DNA of 64,000 nucleotides, from NCBI RefSeq assembly GCF_964194155.1, contig NC_135899.1, positions 25,110,001 through 25,174,000 on the forward strand, given 5' to 3'. Of this stretch, positions 47,984 to 61,124 are shown one piece after another. The position numbers and the translations under genes were made by a program. Origin of the DNA: Cetorhinus maximus (lineage: Eukaryota). Below the pieces are notes generated by a model, which did no database searches, had not been told where the DNA came from, and was given only the letters and a program-made list of their open reading frames with translations. Numbering within the stretch: the first letter of the stretch is position 1; each line of letters begins with the position of its first letter.

Positions 47984-50900
47984 ACTGTCTCTGCAACACG
48001 CACTCTCTGTAACGCACACTCTCCGTAACACACTGTCTCTGTAACACACTCTCTGTAGCACACGCTCTCTCTGTAACGCACTGTCTCCGTAACGCACTGT
48101 CACCGTAACGCACTGTCTCTGTAACACACTCTCTGTAACACACTCTCTGTAACGCACTGTCTCTGTAACGCACTGTCTCTGTAACGCACTGTCTCCGTAA
48201 CGCACTGTCTCTGTAACACACTCTCTGTAACGCACTCTCTGTAACGCACTGTCTCCGTAACGCACTGTCTCCGTAACGCACTGTCTCCGTAACGCACTGT
48301 CTCTGTAACACACTCTCTGTATCACACTGCCTCTGTAACGCACTGTCTCTGTAACACACTCTCTGTAACACACTGTCTCCATAACGCACTGTCTCCGTAA
48401 CGCACTGTCTCTGTAACGCACTGTCTCTGTAACACACTCTCTGTATCACACTGTCTTTGTAACGCACTGTCTCTGTAACACACTCTCTGTATCTCACTGT
48501 CTCTGTAACACACTCTCTGTAACACACTGTCTCTGTAACACACTGTCTCTGTAACACACTCTCTGTATCACACTGTCTCTGTAACACACTGTCTCCGTAA
48601 CACACTGTCTCCGTAGCACACTGTCTCCGTAACGCACTGTCTCTGTAACGCACTGTCTCCGTAACGCACTGTCTCTGTAACGCAGTCTCTGTAACGCACT
48701 GTCTCTGTAACACACTGTCTCTGTAACACACTCTCTGTAACACACTGTCTCCGTAGCACACTGTCTCCGTAACGCACTGTCTCCGTAACGCACTGTCTCT
48801 GTAACGCACTGTCTCTGTAACGCACTGTCTCTGTAACACACTCTCTGTATCACACTGTCTCTGTAACACACTGTCTCTGTAACACACTGTCTCTGTAGCA
48901 CACTGTCTCTGTAACGCACACTCTCCATAACACACTGTCTCTGAAACACACTCTCCATAACACACTGTCTCTGAAACACACTCTCTGTAGCGCACACTGT
49001 CCGTAACACACTGTTTCTGTAACACACGCTCTCTCTGTAGCACATGCTATCTCCGTAGCGCACACTTGCTGTAATACACACTCTGTAACACAATGACCCT
49101 GTAACACACACTCTCTCTCTCTGTGTTACACTCTCTGCAACACACACACTCTCTCTCTCTGTAACACTCTCTCTGCAACACACACTCTCTCTCTGTAACA
49201 CACTCTGCAACACACACTCTCTCTCTGTAACACTCTCTCTGCAACACACACTCTCTCTCTGTAACACACTCTGCAACACACACTCTCTCTCTCTGTAACA
49301 CTCTCTCTGCAACACACACTCTCTCTCTGTAACACACTCTGCAACACACACTCTCTCTCTGTAACACACTCTGCAACACACTCTCTCTCTGTAACACTCT
49401 ATCTGCAACATACACTCTCTCTCTGTAACACACTCTCTGCAACACACTCTCTCACTCTCTCTGCAACACACACTCTCTCTCTCTGTAACACACTCTCTGC
49501 AACATACACTCCGTAACACACTCTGCAACTCACACTCTGTAACACACTCTGCAACACACACACTCTCTCTCTGTAACACACTCTGCAACACAGTCTCTCT
49601 CTGTAACATACTCTCTGCAACTACACTCTGTAACACACTCTGCAACTCACACTCTGTAACACACTCTGCAACACACACACTCTCTCTGTAACACTCTGCA
49701 ACAGTCTCTCTCTGTAACATACTCTCTGCAACACACACTCTGTAACACACTCTCTGCAACACTCTCTCAGCAACACACACTCTCTGTAACACACTCTGCA
49801 ACACACCCACTCTCTCTCTGTAACATACTCTCTGCAACACACACACACTCTGTAACACACTCTCTGCAACACACTCTCTGTAACACTCTGCAACACACTC
49901 CCTCTCACTGTAACACACTCTGCAGCACATACTCTCGCTCTCTCTGTAACACACTCTCTGCAACACACTCTCTCTGTAACATGCTCTGCAACACACTCTC
50001 TCTGTAACACACTCTCTGCAACACACTCTCTCTGTAACACACTGCAACACACTCTCTCTGTAACACACTCTCTGCAACACACTCTCTCTGCAACACACAC
50101 TCTCTGTAACACACTCTCTGCAACACACTCTCTCTGTAACACACTGCAACACACTCTCTCTGTAACACACTCTCTGCAACACACTCTCTCTGCAACACAC
50201 ACTCTGTAACACACTCTCTCTGTAACACCCTCTGCAACACACACTCTGTAACACACTCTCTGCAACACACACTCTCTGTAACACTCTGCAACACATTCTC
50301 TCTCACTGTAACACACTCTGCAGCACATACTCTCGCTCTCTCTGTAACACACTCTCTGCAACACACTCTCTCTGTAACACACTCTCTGCAACACACACTC
50401 TCTGTAACACTCTGCAACACATTCTCTCTCACTGTAACACACTCTGCAGCACATACTCTCGCTCTCTCTGTAACACACTCTCTGCAACACACACTCTCTG
50501 TAACACTCTGCAACACATTCTCTCTCACTGTAACACACTCTGCAGCACATACTCTCGCTCTCTCTGTAACACACTCTCTGCAACACACACTCTCTGTAAC
50601 ACTCTGCAACACATTCTCTCTCACTGTAACACACTCTGCAGCACATACTCTCGCTCTCTCTGTAACACACTCTCTGCAACACACACTCTCTGTAACACTC
50701 TGCAACACATTCTCTCTCACTGTAACACACTCTGCAGCACATACTCTCGCTCTCTCTGTAACACACTCTCTGCAACACACTCTCTCTGTAACATGCTCTG
50801 CAACACACACTCTCTCTAACACTCTGCAACACACACACTCTCTGTAACACACTGCAACACACTCTCTCTGTAACACACTCTCTGCAACACACTCTCTGCA

Positions 50901-52250
50901 ACACACTCTCTCTGTAACACACTGCAACACACTCTCTCTGTAACACACTCTCTGCAACACACTCTCTCTGTAACACTCTCTCTGCAACACACACTCTCTG
51001 TAACACACTGCAACACACTCTCTCTGTAACACTCTCTCTGCAACACACACTCTGTAACACACTCTCTGCAACACACTCTCTCTGTAACACTCTCTCTGCA
51101 ACACACTCTCTCTGTAACACACTGCAACACACTCTCTCTGTAACACACACTCTGTAACACACTCTCTGCAACACTCTCTCTGTAACACACTCTCTGCAAC
51201 ACACACTCTCTGTAACACTCTGCAACACATTCTCTCTCACTGTAACATACTCTGCAGCACATACTCTCGCTCTCTCTGTAACACACTCTCTGCAACACAC
51301 TCTCTCTGTAACACTCTGCAACACACTCTCTAACACTGCAACACACACACTCTCTGTAACACACTGCAACACACTCTCTGTAACACTCTCTCTGCAACAC
51401 ACTCTCTGCAACACACACTCTGTAACACACTCTCTGCAACACACAATCTCTGTAACACACTGCAACACACTCTCTCTGTAACACTCTCTCTGCAACACAC
51501 TCTCTGCAACACACACTCTGTAACACACTCTCTGCAACACACACTCTCTGTAACACACTGCAACACACTCTCTCTGTAACACTCTCTCTGCAACACTCTC
51601 TCTGCAACACACACTCTGTAACACACTCTCTGCAACACACTCTCTCTGTAACACTCTGCAACACTCTCTCTGCAACACACTCTCTCTGTAACACTCTCTC
51701 TGCAACACACACTCTCTGTAACACTCTCTCTGCAACACACACTCTCTCTAACACACTGCAACACACTCTCTCTGTAACACTCTCTCTGCAACACACACTC
51801 TCTCTAACACACTGCAACACACTCTCTCTGTAACACTCTCTGCAACACACACTCTCTGTAACACACTGCAACACACTCTCTCTGTAACACTCTCTGCAAC
51901 ACACTCTCTGTAACACACTGCAACACATTCTCTCTGTAACACTCTCTCTGCAACACACACTCGCTCTCTCTGTAACACACTCTGCAACACACACACTCTC
52001 TCTCTGTAACACACTCTCTGCAACACACTCTCTCTGTAATATATGCTCTCTGTAACACATTCTCTGTAACACGCACTCTAACACACACTCTCTGTAACAT
52101 ACTCTTTGTAACACACACTGTAACATATATTCTCTGTAACACACACTCTCTTTGTAATATATGCTCTCTGTAACACACATTCTCTGTTAGACACTCTCTC
52201 TGCAACACACACTCAGTAACACACTCTTTGCAATGTACACTCTCTCCTAA
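47984..52250. repeat. CT/CA-rich satellite, block 2 (16-bp subarray, then alternating GTAAC/GCAAC units with a 96-bp higher-order repeat)
   Basis: CTGTAACGCACTGTCT units at ~48070-48910; marker CAGCACATACTCTCGCT at 50447, 50543, 50639, 50735. Confidence 0.97.
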
Positions 52251-52401
52251 CTCTGAAAACTGATGTCTAAAATGACCACCAAGCCAGACAGTTCAAGGGC
52301 AATTGAAGATGGGCAACCAATGCCGGGCTTGCCAGTGAAACACACATCCCATGTAAGAATAAAGATTAAAAAAATATCCTCTCTTGTGTTCTTGGTGGCA
52401 G

Positions 52402-52746
52402 GAGAGGGAGCTGTTGTTCAAGTTTGGAAGACCCGACCAAAAGTCTCTGGAAAAAGCTGCGGAGCCAAGAAAGCTCCCGCGTGTGTGCGAGTTGGATGGT
52501 GAATCACCGCCAGGGTTTCACCCACTCTCTAGGGCAGCTTTGGTGTCAGAGCTGCAGAAACCGGGCTCCCCTTTCCACTTTCCTGGCTGTATTAATACCG
52601 CTGAGCACCTCCCATTTTACCTGACCTGCCCTAGTCTCTATTTTTGTTTCAAAACATCACCGCCGGCACTGCTCTGCTTTAAATCGTCCATGTGAAGTTC
52701 CCCTCGAACCGCGTTTCCAGATTCCAATGTGCAGGCGACGTTGTAG
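52402..52746 (+). CDS. Possible two terminal exons of an unidentified transcript (52402-52498, 52721-52746)
   Basis: tggcAG|GAG..GATG|gtgaat and tttccAG|AT..TAG join in phase; AATAAA at 52765-52770; no recognisable homology. Confidence 0.3.
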
Positions 52747-52934
52747 ATACAACGGGTATTTGCGAATAAACGTAATTCCGTGTGAAAACAGATGCATTCT
52801 TTCCTTTCCTTTGGCTCACTATTTTTCTAAGGTATTATATATTCTCCCTACTGGAACCGGCTGCTGCGAGTCGATGTTTTGGAGCAGGGTGGGGGAAATA
52901 AATGCGAAGTGATGGGTGTCGAGGGGATAAAATG

Positions 52935-53165
52935 AAAGCAAAATCCTGCAGACGCTGGAAACCTGAAATAAAGACAGAAATTGCGGGGGAAAAGCGGGTC
53001 TGGCAGTGTCTTTTGGAGAGAGAAAAATAGAGTTAACGTTTCAAGTCTGCGAACTCAGTTCTGAAGGAGAGTCATGTTGGACTCGAAACACTACCCCTGT
53101 TTCTCTCTCCACAGATGATGCCAGGCCTGCTGAGTTTTTCCAGCATTTTCCGTTTTTATTTTGGA
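52935..53165. mobile_element. Palindromic Penelope pLTR remnant with a degenerate hammerhead
   Basis: AAATAAAGACAGAAA..GAGAGAGAAAAATAG is inverted against CTGTTTCTCTCTCC..TTTCCGTTTTTATTT; CTGAAGGA-GAGTC..GACTC-GAAAC at 53061-53089. Confidence 0.6.
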
Positions 53166-53414
53166 TATTGAGGGGCTATGGAGGCAGTGGGTGGAGGGAG
53201 GTGCAGGTGGGGGGTGGAGGGCAGTGAAATTGTCCCTTGCACTCAAGATAAATGAATCAGTAGCCGAGCCCGACTCTCACCTAATTTTCACCTTGAAAGC
53301 TGGTAGATTGGAGACATGTGCGATGGCTGATCTTATCATCAGGGTTACAGGAGATCGAGCAGGGGAGTGGGATCGGCCAGATTCTTTAAAACTACTTAAT
53401 CGGGCGTTTTTTTC

Positions 53415-53730
53415 TTATTCATTCACGGGATGCGGACTTTGCTGACTAGGCCAGCACTTGCTGCCCATCCCTAGTTGCCCTTGAGAAGGTGGTGCTGAGC
53501 CGCCACCTTGAGCCGCTGCAGTCCATGTGGCATAGGTACACCCACAGTGCTGTTAGGGAGGGGTTTCCAGGGTTTTGACCCAGCGACAGTGAAGGAACGG
53601 CGATATATTTCGGAGTCAGGGTGGTGAGTGGCTTGGAGGGGGCTTCCAGGTGGTGGTGTTCCCATGTGTCTGCTGCCCTTGTCCTTCTAGATAGTAGCAG
53701 TCGTGGGTTTGGAAGGTGCTGCTGGAGGTG
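53415..53730 (-). mobile_element. Second-family LINE 3' fragment
   Basis: Reverse complement of 41565-41870. Confidence 0.8.
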
Positions 53731-54254
53731 AGCAGTCCTACTACGAGTGTAAGGGAACATGCTGGGGGGTGGGGCACAGCACTTTGGGGCATTCTGAGGT
53801 TGTGAAAGGCACTGTATAAATTCTTTCTTTCTCTCTTATCGCGTTTTACTCCCCCTCAGAGAGAACGAAGCAGTCTTTTGCTCTGCTGACAGGACATCTG
53901 CACACATTGAATGTATCCTCTGATGGGCTCTGTCCTTGAGTGTTTTTTCACCTGTTAAAGTTTACAGGATTCAAATATTTCTCTTGGATCACCCAAGCCT
54001 GTGCACCAAATATCAGGTTGTGTAATAAAAATCCTTTTAAGTCTTTTTCCCCTTTGGGTATCCATACCACTATAATACAGACGTATGGATAATTTAAGCA
54101 TATGCTCTTCTTTCATTTAAATGATTATCCTGTGCCTTATGTCTTTATAATGAAACAGAGGCCATTTTATAAATTGTAAGTCTGTTTCTGGTTATATGCT
54201 TTATGGTTTGTTTCAAGCAATGTTTTGCTGCTTGTTTGCTCATTAATATGTTGC

Positions 54255-57200
54255 TTTTTTTTAAAAAATATACTTTATTCCTAAAATATCTGGAAGAACA
54301 TTCCAAAACATTTCAAAATCACAATCACAAAAGTACAATCAGATTCAACTTTTACACATAGATCACAAGGTGCATCAATACAATCAAAGAATATTACAAC
54401 CATTTCAATATGGTCAATGCAGACAATCAGACAATGGTATTGGAGTTATCAACATACATCATGTTGCTCTCTGAGGTGCTTCAATACAATTATAATACAC
54501 TTAGTATTCAATGCAGACATTCATCTTGAGCTGTGCAGCCTGAGGGGCTCTAAAGAGTTCCCAGCTCCTCGGTGCACTGTGGCAGAAAGGTCTTAGACAG
54601 CGACCTTTCCACATTGCGCCTTTGCAGCGGCTGCCCCAAGCTTTAGTGTGCTCCTCAGCACGTAGTCCTGGACTTTGCAATGTGCCAGTCTGAAACACTC
54701 GGTCGGAGACAACTCTTTACGCTGGAAAACCAACAAGTTTCGGGCAGACCAAAGAGCGTCTTTCACTGAGTTGATGATCCTCCAGCTGCAGTTGATGTTT
54801 GTCTCAGTGTGTGTCCCTGGGAACAGCCCTTAGAGCACAGAGTCCTGTGTCACAGAACTGCTCGGGATGAACCTCGACAGAAACCACTGCATCTCTCTCC
54901 AGACCTTCTTTGCAAAGGCACAATCCACAAGGAGGTGAACAACGGTCTCGTCCCCACCACAGCCACCTCGAGGGCAACGTGCAGAGGGGGTGAGACTCCT
55001 GGCGTGTTGGAAGGATCTGACGGGGAGGGCCTTTCTCACCACCAGCCAAGCTACATCTTGGTGCTTGTTGGAAAGTTCTGGCGATGAGGCATTCTGCCAA
55101 ATGACTTTGACAGTCTGCTCGGGGAACCATCCCACAGGATCCACCCTCTCCTTTACCCGCAGGGCCTCTAAGACGTTACGTGCCGACCACTGCCTGATGG
55201 ACTTGTGGTCAAAGGTGTTTCTCTGCATAAATGTTTCCACGAGGGACAGGTGGTACGGCACGGTCCAACTACTTGGAGCATTCCGCAGCAGCGTGGCCAG
55301 ACCCATCCTTCGCAACACCGGGGACAGGTAGAACCTCAGCACGTAGTGACAGTTGGTGTTTGCATACCGAGGGTCTATGCACAGCTTGATGCAGCCACAC
55401 ACAAAGGTGGCCATCAGTATGAGGGCAATGTTGGGCACGTTTTTTCCCCCTTTATCTAGAGGCTTGTACATTGCGTCCCTGCGGACACAATCCATTTTCG
55501 ACCTCCAGATAAAGCGAAAGATGGCTCGGGTAATCGCCATCATGCAGGAGTCTGGAATGGGCCAGACCTGCGCCACGTACAGCAAGAGCGAGAGTGCCTC
55601 ACACCTGATGACCAGGTTCTTACCCACAATGGAGAGGGAGCATCGCTCCCACATGCCCAGTTTTCTTTGCACCATAGACACTCGCTCCTCCCAGTTTCTA
55701 GCGCATGCCCCGGTCCTTCCGAACCATATCCCCAGCACCTTCATGCCGTCAGGTGGAGGAGGATAAAGGTCAAGCGAGGAATGCATGTATAGACAGAAAT
55801 CAAGGGTCCGTACGTGATAGAAATGTTCTCAGGTGCATCTATTTCAATGCAAGGAGTATTGTCGGAAAGGCAGATGAGCTTAGGGCGTGGATTGGCACGT
55901 GGGATTACGACATTATTGCTACAGTGTTTCTACAAGTATATTAAGAGTAAAAGGATAGTAAGGGACACAATTGGTCCCCTTGAAGATCAGAGTGGTCGTC
56001 TATGTGTGGAGCCTCACGAGATGGGGGAGATCTTAAACAGTTTTTTTGCATCAGTATTTACTCAGGATACTGGCATAGTGTATAAGGAAGGAAGGGAAAC
56101 AAGCAGTAGTTTCATGGAACATATAGAGATTAAAGAGGAGAAGGTGCTTGCTGCCTTACAGCGAATAAAGGTAGATAAATCCCCCGGGCCTGACATGATA
56201 TTCCCTCGGACCTTGAGGGATTCTAGTGTAGAAATTGCAGGGGCCCTGGCAGAAATATTTAAAATGTCCTTAGCCACGGGTGAGGTGCCGGAGGATTGGA
56301 GGGTAGCTCATGTTGTTCCGTTGTTTAAAAAAGGCTCCAAAAGTAAACCAGGTAATTACAGGCCAGTGAGCCTGACGTCAGTAGTAGGTAAATTATTGGA
56401 AGGTGTTCTGAGAGATCGGATATATAATTATTTGGACAGCCAAGGGCTGATTAAGGATAGTCAGCATGGCTTTGTGCGTGGTAGGTCGTGTTTAACGAAC
56501 CTTGTAGAGTTTTTCGAGGAGGTTACCAAGAGAGTAGATGAAGGAAAGGCTGTGGATATTGTCTACATGGACTTTAGTAAGGCCTTTGACAAGGTCCCAC
56601 ATGGGAGGTTAGTTCAGAAGGTTCAGACACTTGGTATCCATGGAGAGGTTGTAAACTGTATTCGAAATTGGCTGTGTGGGAGAAGACTGAGAGTGGTAGT
56701 GGATGATTGCTTCCCAGACTGGAGGTCTGTGACTAGTGGTGTGCCTCAGGTATCTGTACTGGGACCATTGTTGTTTGTTGTCTATATCAATGATTTGGAT
56801 GATAATGTGGTGAATTGGATCAGCAAGTTTGCTGATGACACTAAGATTGGAGGCGTTGTGGACAGTGAAGAAGGCTTTCAAAGCTTGCAGAGGGATCTGG
56901 ACCAACTGGGAAAATGGGCCAGAAATTTAATGCGGAAAAGTGTGAGGTGTTACATTTTGGAAGGTCAAACCAAGGTAGGACGTACACAGTAAATGGTAGG
57001 GCACTGAGGAGTGCGGAGGAACAAAGGGATCTGGGAGTTCAGATACATAATTCCCTGAAAGTGGCGTCACAGGTAGACAAGGTTGTAAAGAAAGCTTTAT
57101 GCATACTGGCCTTCATAAATCAAAGTACTGAGTATAGGAGTTGGGATGTTATGGTGAGGTTGTATAAGACATTGGTGAGGCCAACTTTGGAGTATTGTGT

Positions 57201-58470
57201 GCAGTTCTGGTCACCTAACTACAGGAAGGATATCAGTAAGATTGAGAGAGTGCAGAGAAGATTTACTAGGATGTTGCCGGGTCTTAAGGAGTTGAGTTAC
57301 AGGGTAAGATTAAACAGGTTTGGACTTTATTCCTTGGAGCGTAGAAGAATGAGGGGAGATTTGATAGAAGTTTACAAAATTGTGAGGGGTATATACAGAG
57401 TAAATGCGAGTAGGCTCTTTCCACTTAGATTAGGAGAAATAAACATGAGAGGACATGGCTTTAGGGTGAAAGGGGAAAGATTTAGGGGGAACATTAGGGG
57501 GAATTTCTTCACTCAGAGAGTGGTGAGAGTGTGGAATGAGCTACCATCTGACATGGTAAATGCGGGCTCACTCTTAAGTTTTAAGAATAAATTAGATAGA
57601 TACATGGATGGGAGAGGTCTGGAGGGTTATGGACTAGGTGCAGGTCAATGAGACTAGCGGAATAATATTTCGGCACAGACTAGAAGGGCCAAATGGCCTG
57701 TTTTCTGTGTTGTAGTGTTCTACGGTTCTATGGTTCTACGGTCAGTCCTGACGGTGAAGGGGACAAAGGATCGGTCAGCCCAGTTCCCAAAGAACATGGC
57801 CTCACTCTTCCCACGATTTACCATGGCTCCCGAGGCCAGTTCGAACTGGTCGCAGATGTGGATCAGTCTGCGCACCGACAGCGGATCCGAGCAGAAGACG
57901 GCGACATCGTCCATGTACAGGGAGGCTTTGACCTGAGTGCCTCCACTGCCTGGGATCGTCATTCCTCTTATGCCCGGATCCTTCCTGATGGACTCAGCAA
58001 AGAGTTCTACGCAACACACAAACAGGACAGGGGAGAGAGGGCAGCCCTGCCTGACTCCAGATTTAATAGGAAAGTTATCTGATTCACACCCATTGATTGA
58101 GACTGCGCTACTGATGTTAGTGTAGAGCAGTTGGATCCAATTGCGAATTCCCTCCCCAAACCCCATTTTGGAGAGCACATCCACCATGTAGGTGTGCGAT
58201 ATTCTGTCAAAGGCCTTCTCCTGATCCAGGCTGATGAGGAAGGTGTCCGCACCCCTGTCCTACACATAGGCAATCGTATCCCTGAGCAGCGCGAGGCTGT
58301 CAGAGATCTTCCTGCCCGGCACGGTGCAGGTCTGGTCAGGGTGGATCACCAATTCCAGAGCGGATTTGACCAGATTGGCGATGATCTTGGACAGAATCTT
58401 ATAGTCCACATACAACAGTGAAATGGGTCGCCAATTTCTAATTTCCTCCCTTTCCCCCTTGTGCTTGACC
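54255..58470 (-). mobile_element. Tx1/L1-clade LINE (RT plus zf-RVT), split by a CR1 insertion
   Basis: NWRPISLLYVDYKILSK, SGVRQGCPLSP, SLYMDDV, KVLGIWFG, 318-aa ORF 54830-55786; 3' UTR matches 8543-8820. Confidence 0.92.
55753..57740 (+). mobile_element. Young, internally deleted CR1 inserted in Tx1; TSD GTCAG
   Basis: ORFs 55814-56992 (FADD) and 56914-57651; tail TTCTACGG/TTCTATGG; GTCAG at 55748-55752 and 57741-57745. Confidence 0.92.
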
Positions 58471-58507
58471 GGAACCAGAACCTCTCCAACAATGATTTCC
58501 CTTCCCA

Positions 58508-59755
58508 TCCCTGTACATGTGGTTTCTCTTCCCCCCGTACTTGCGGTTTCTCTTCCCCCCTGTACATACGGTTTCTCTTCCCCCCTGTACATGCGGTTTC
58601 TCTTCCCCCCCTGTGCGTGCGGTTTCTCTTCCCCCCTGTACATGTGGTTTCTCTTCCCCCCTGTACATGCAGTTTCTCTTCCCCCCTGTACATGCGGTTT
58701 CTCTTCCCCTCTGTACATGCTGATTCTCTTCCCCCCTGTACATGCGGTTTCTCTTCCCCCCTGTATATGCGGTTTCTCTTCCCCCCTGTACATGCGGTTT
58801 CTCTTCCCCCCTGTACATGTGGTTTCTCTTCCCCCTGTACATGTGGTTTCTCCTCCCCCCTGTACATGTGGTTTCTCTTCCCCCCTGTACATGCGGTTTC
58901 TCTTCCCCCCCTGTATTTGCGGTTTCTCTTCCCCCCTGTACATGTGGTTTCTCTTCCCCCTGTACATGTGGTTTCTCTTCCCCCCTGTACATGCAGTTTC
59001 TCTTCCCCCTGTACATGTGATTTCTCTTCCCCCCTGTACATGCGGTTTCTCCTCCCCCCTGTACATGTGGTTTCTCTTCCCCCCTGTACATGCGGTTTCT
59101 CTTCCCCCCCTGTATTTGCGGTTTCTCTTCCCCCCTGTACATGTGGTTTCTCTTCCCCCCTGTACATGTGGTTTCTCTTCCCCCCTGTACATGCGGTTTC
59201 TCTTCCCCCCCTGTATTTGCGGTTTCTCTTCCCCCCTGTACATGTGGTTTCTCTTCCCCCCTGTACATGTGGTTTCTCTTCCCCCCTGTACATGCAGTTT
59301 CTCTTCCCCCCTGTATATGCGGTTTCTCTTCCCCCCTGTACATGTGGTTTCTCTTCCCCCCTGTACATGTGGTTTCTCTTCCCCCCTGTACATGCAGTTT
59401 CTCTTCCCCCCTGTATATGCGGTTTCTCTTCCCCCCTGTACATGTGGTTTCTCTTCACCCACGTACATGTGGTTTCTCTTCACCCCTGTACATGCGGTTT
59501 CTCTTCCCCCCTGTACATGCAGTTTCTCTTCCCCCCTGTACATGCGGTTTCTCTTCCCCCCTGTACATGTGGCTTCTCTTCACCCACGTACATGTGGTTT
59601 CTCTTCCCCCCTGTACATGCGGTTTCTCTTCCCACCCCTGTACATGCGGTTTCTCTTCCCACCCCTGTACATGTGGTTTCTCTTCCCCCCTGTACATGCG
59701 GTTTCTCTTCCCCCCTGTACATATGATTTCTCTTCTCATTTCCTGTACATGTAAC
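58508..59755. repeat. ~25-bp minisatellite (~50 units)
   Basis: CCCCCCTGTACATG(C/T)GGTTTCTCTT, with variable C-run length. Confidence 0.97.
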
Positions 59756-59994
59756 TTCCACATGTATATTGATTGATTGAGATCACCCAGCTCTATTCTT
59801 CTCTACCAAATCTCACTTCCGTCCACCTCCTCTGTATTGCCAGGCTCCTCATCTGAGATCCAGTCTTAAATGACCTGTAATATGGTTATAGGTCTCTTAA
59901 AGCAGCAGCATTCCACCTCGCTCCCTATTGGGAGGGGGGAGAACACCTGTGAGCAGACCCTGGATACATTACGGGGCCAGTACTGAAAAGCAAA

Positions 59995-60969
59995 GAGACT
60001 GGACAGACACAGACAGACTCACGCACACAAACACACACACAGGCACAGACACACACACACATAATAAAGATAGTCACTCAGCACACAGACTCAGCACAGT
60101 GTGTCTGAGGGGTAGACACACTGTGCCCAGACACATAAACAGAGACAAACAGTTCACAGACACACACACACAAACAAACAGAGATAGGCACACACACAGA
60201 CACACAATTAGACACACAGAAACACAGTTATACAGGATTGACACACAGCATACAGACACACAAGTTAACAAATAGACAGCACACAGACACATACACACAT
60301 GCATAAACAAAGATAGACGCACACACAGAAACACAGTTATACAGGATTGACACACAGCATACAGACACACAAGTTAACAAATAGACAGCACACAGACACA
60401 TACACACATGCATAAACAAAGATAGACGCACACACAGAAACACAGTTATACAGGATTGACACACAGCATACAGACACACAAGTTAACAAATAGACAGCAC
60501 ACAGACACATACACACATGCATAAACAAAGATAGACGCACACATACAAACACAGATAGACACAACAAACACACATAAACAGAGATACACACAGCACACAG
60601 AGACACATAAACAGTTAGACACACAGCACACAGACACACAAATAAACAGAGATAGACAGACACAGGCACATACACACACACATAAACAAAGATAGATACA
60701 CACACAAACACACAGATAGACATAAAGCACACAGACACATATACACACATAAACAAACATAGACATAAACGCACACACACACACACACACACAGAGACAG
60801 ACACAGCACACACACATAGACAGAGATAGACACAGCACACAGAGACACGTAAACAAATACACATGCAGCACACAGGCACACAAAGAAACAGAGATAGACA
60901 GCACACAGACACACCCACATTGATAGAGAGAGACACAGCACACACACAAACAGAGAGAGAGACACACAG

Positions 60970-61000
<31 letters not shown>

Positions 61001-61075
61001 AGATAAACACACAGCACACAGGCACACACATAAATAGGGATTGACACACAGCACAGAAACACACAAGGCACACAC
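59995..61075. repeat. CA-rich low-complexity tract containing a 109-bp triplication (~60214-60542)
   Basis: CACAGAAACACAGTTATACAGGATTGAC recurs at 109-bp spacing. Confidence 0.9.
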
Positions 61076-61124
61076 GTAGCAACAACTTTTATTCATATAG
61101 CACCTTTAATGTAATGAAAGTGTC

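Noticed and set aside
42389-52208. Very long Cys/Val/Arg-rich ORFs (up to 705 aa) on the minus strand
   Set aside because: Translations of the CT/CA satellite, open in several frames at once; no gene structure.
58260-59776. 300-440 aa ORFs with EKPH/EKPY motifs resembling zinc-finger linkers
   Set aside because: Produced by the 25-bp minisatellite; no C2H2 spacing.
60074-61096. Cys/Val-rich minus-strand ORFs
   Set aside because: Translations of the CA-rich low-complexity tract.
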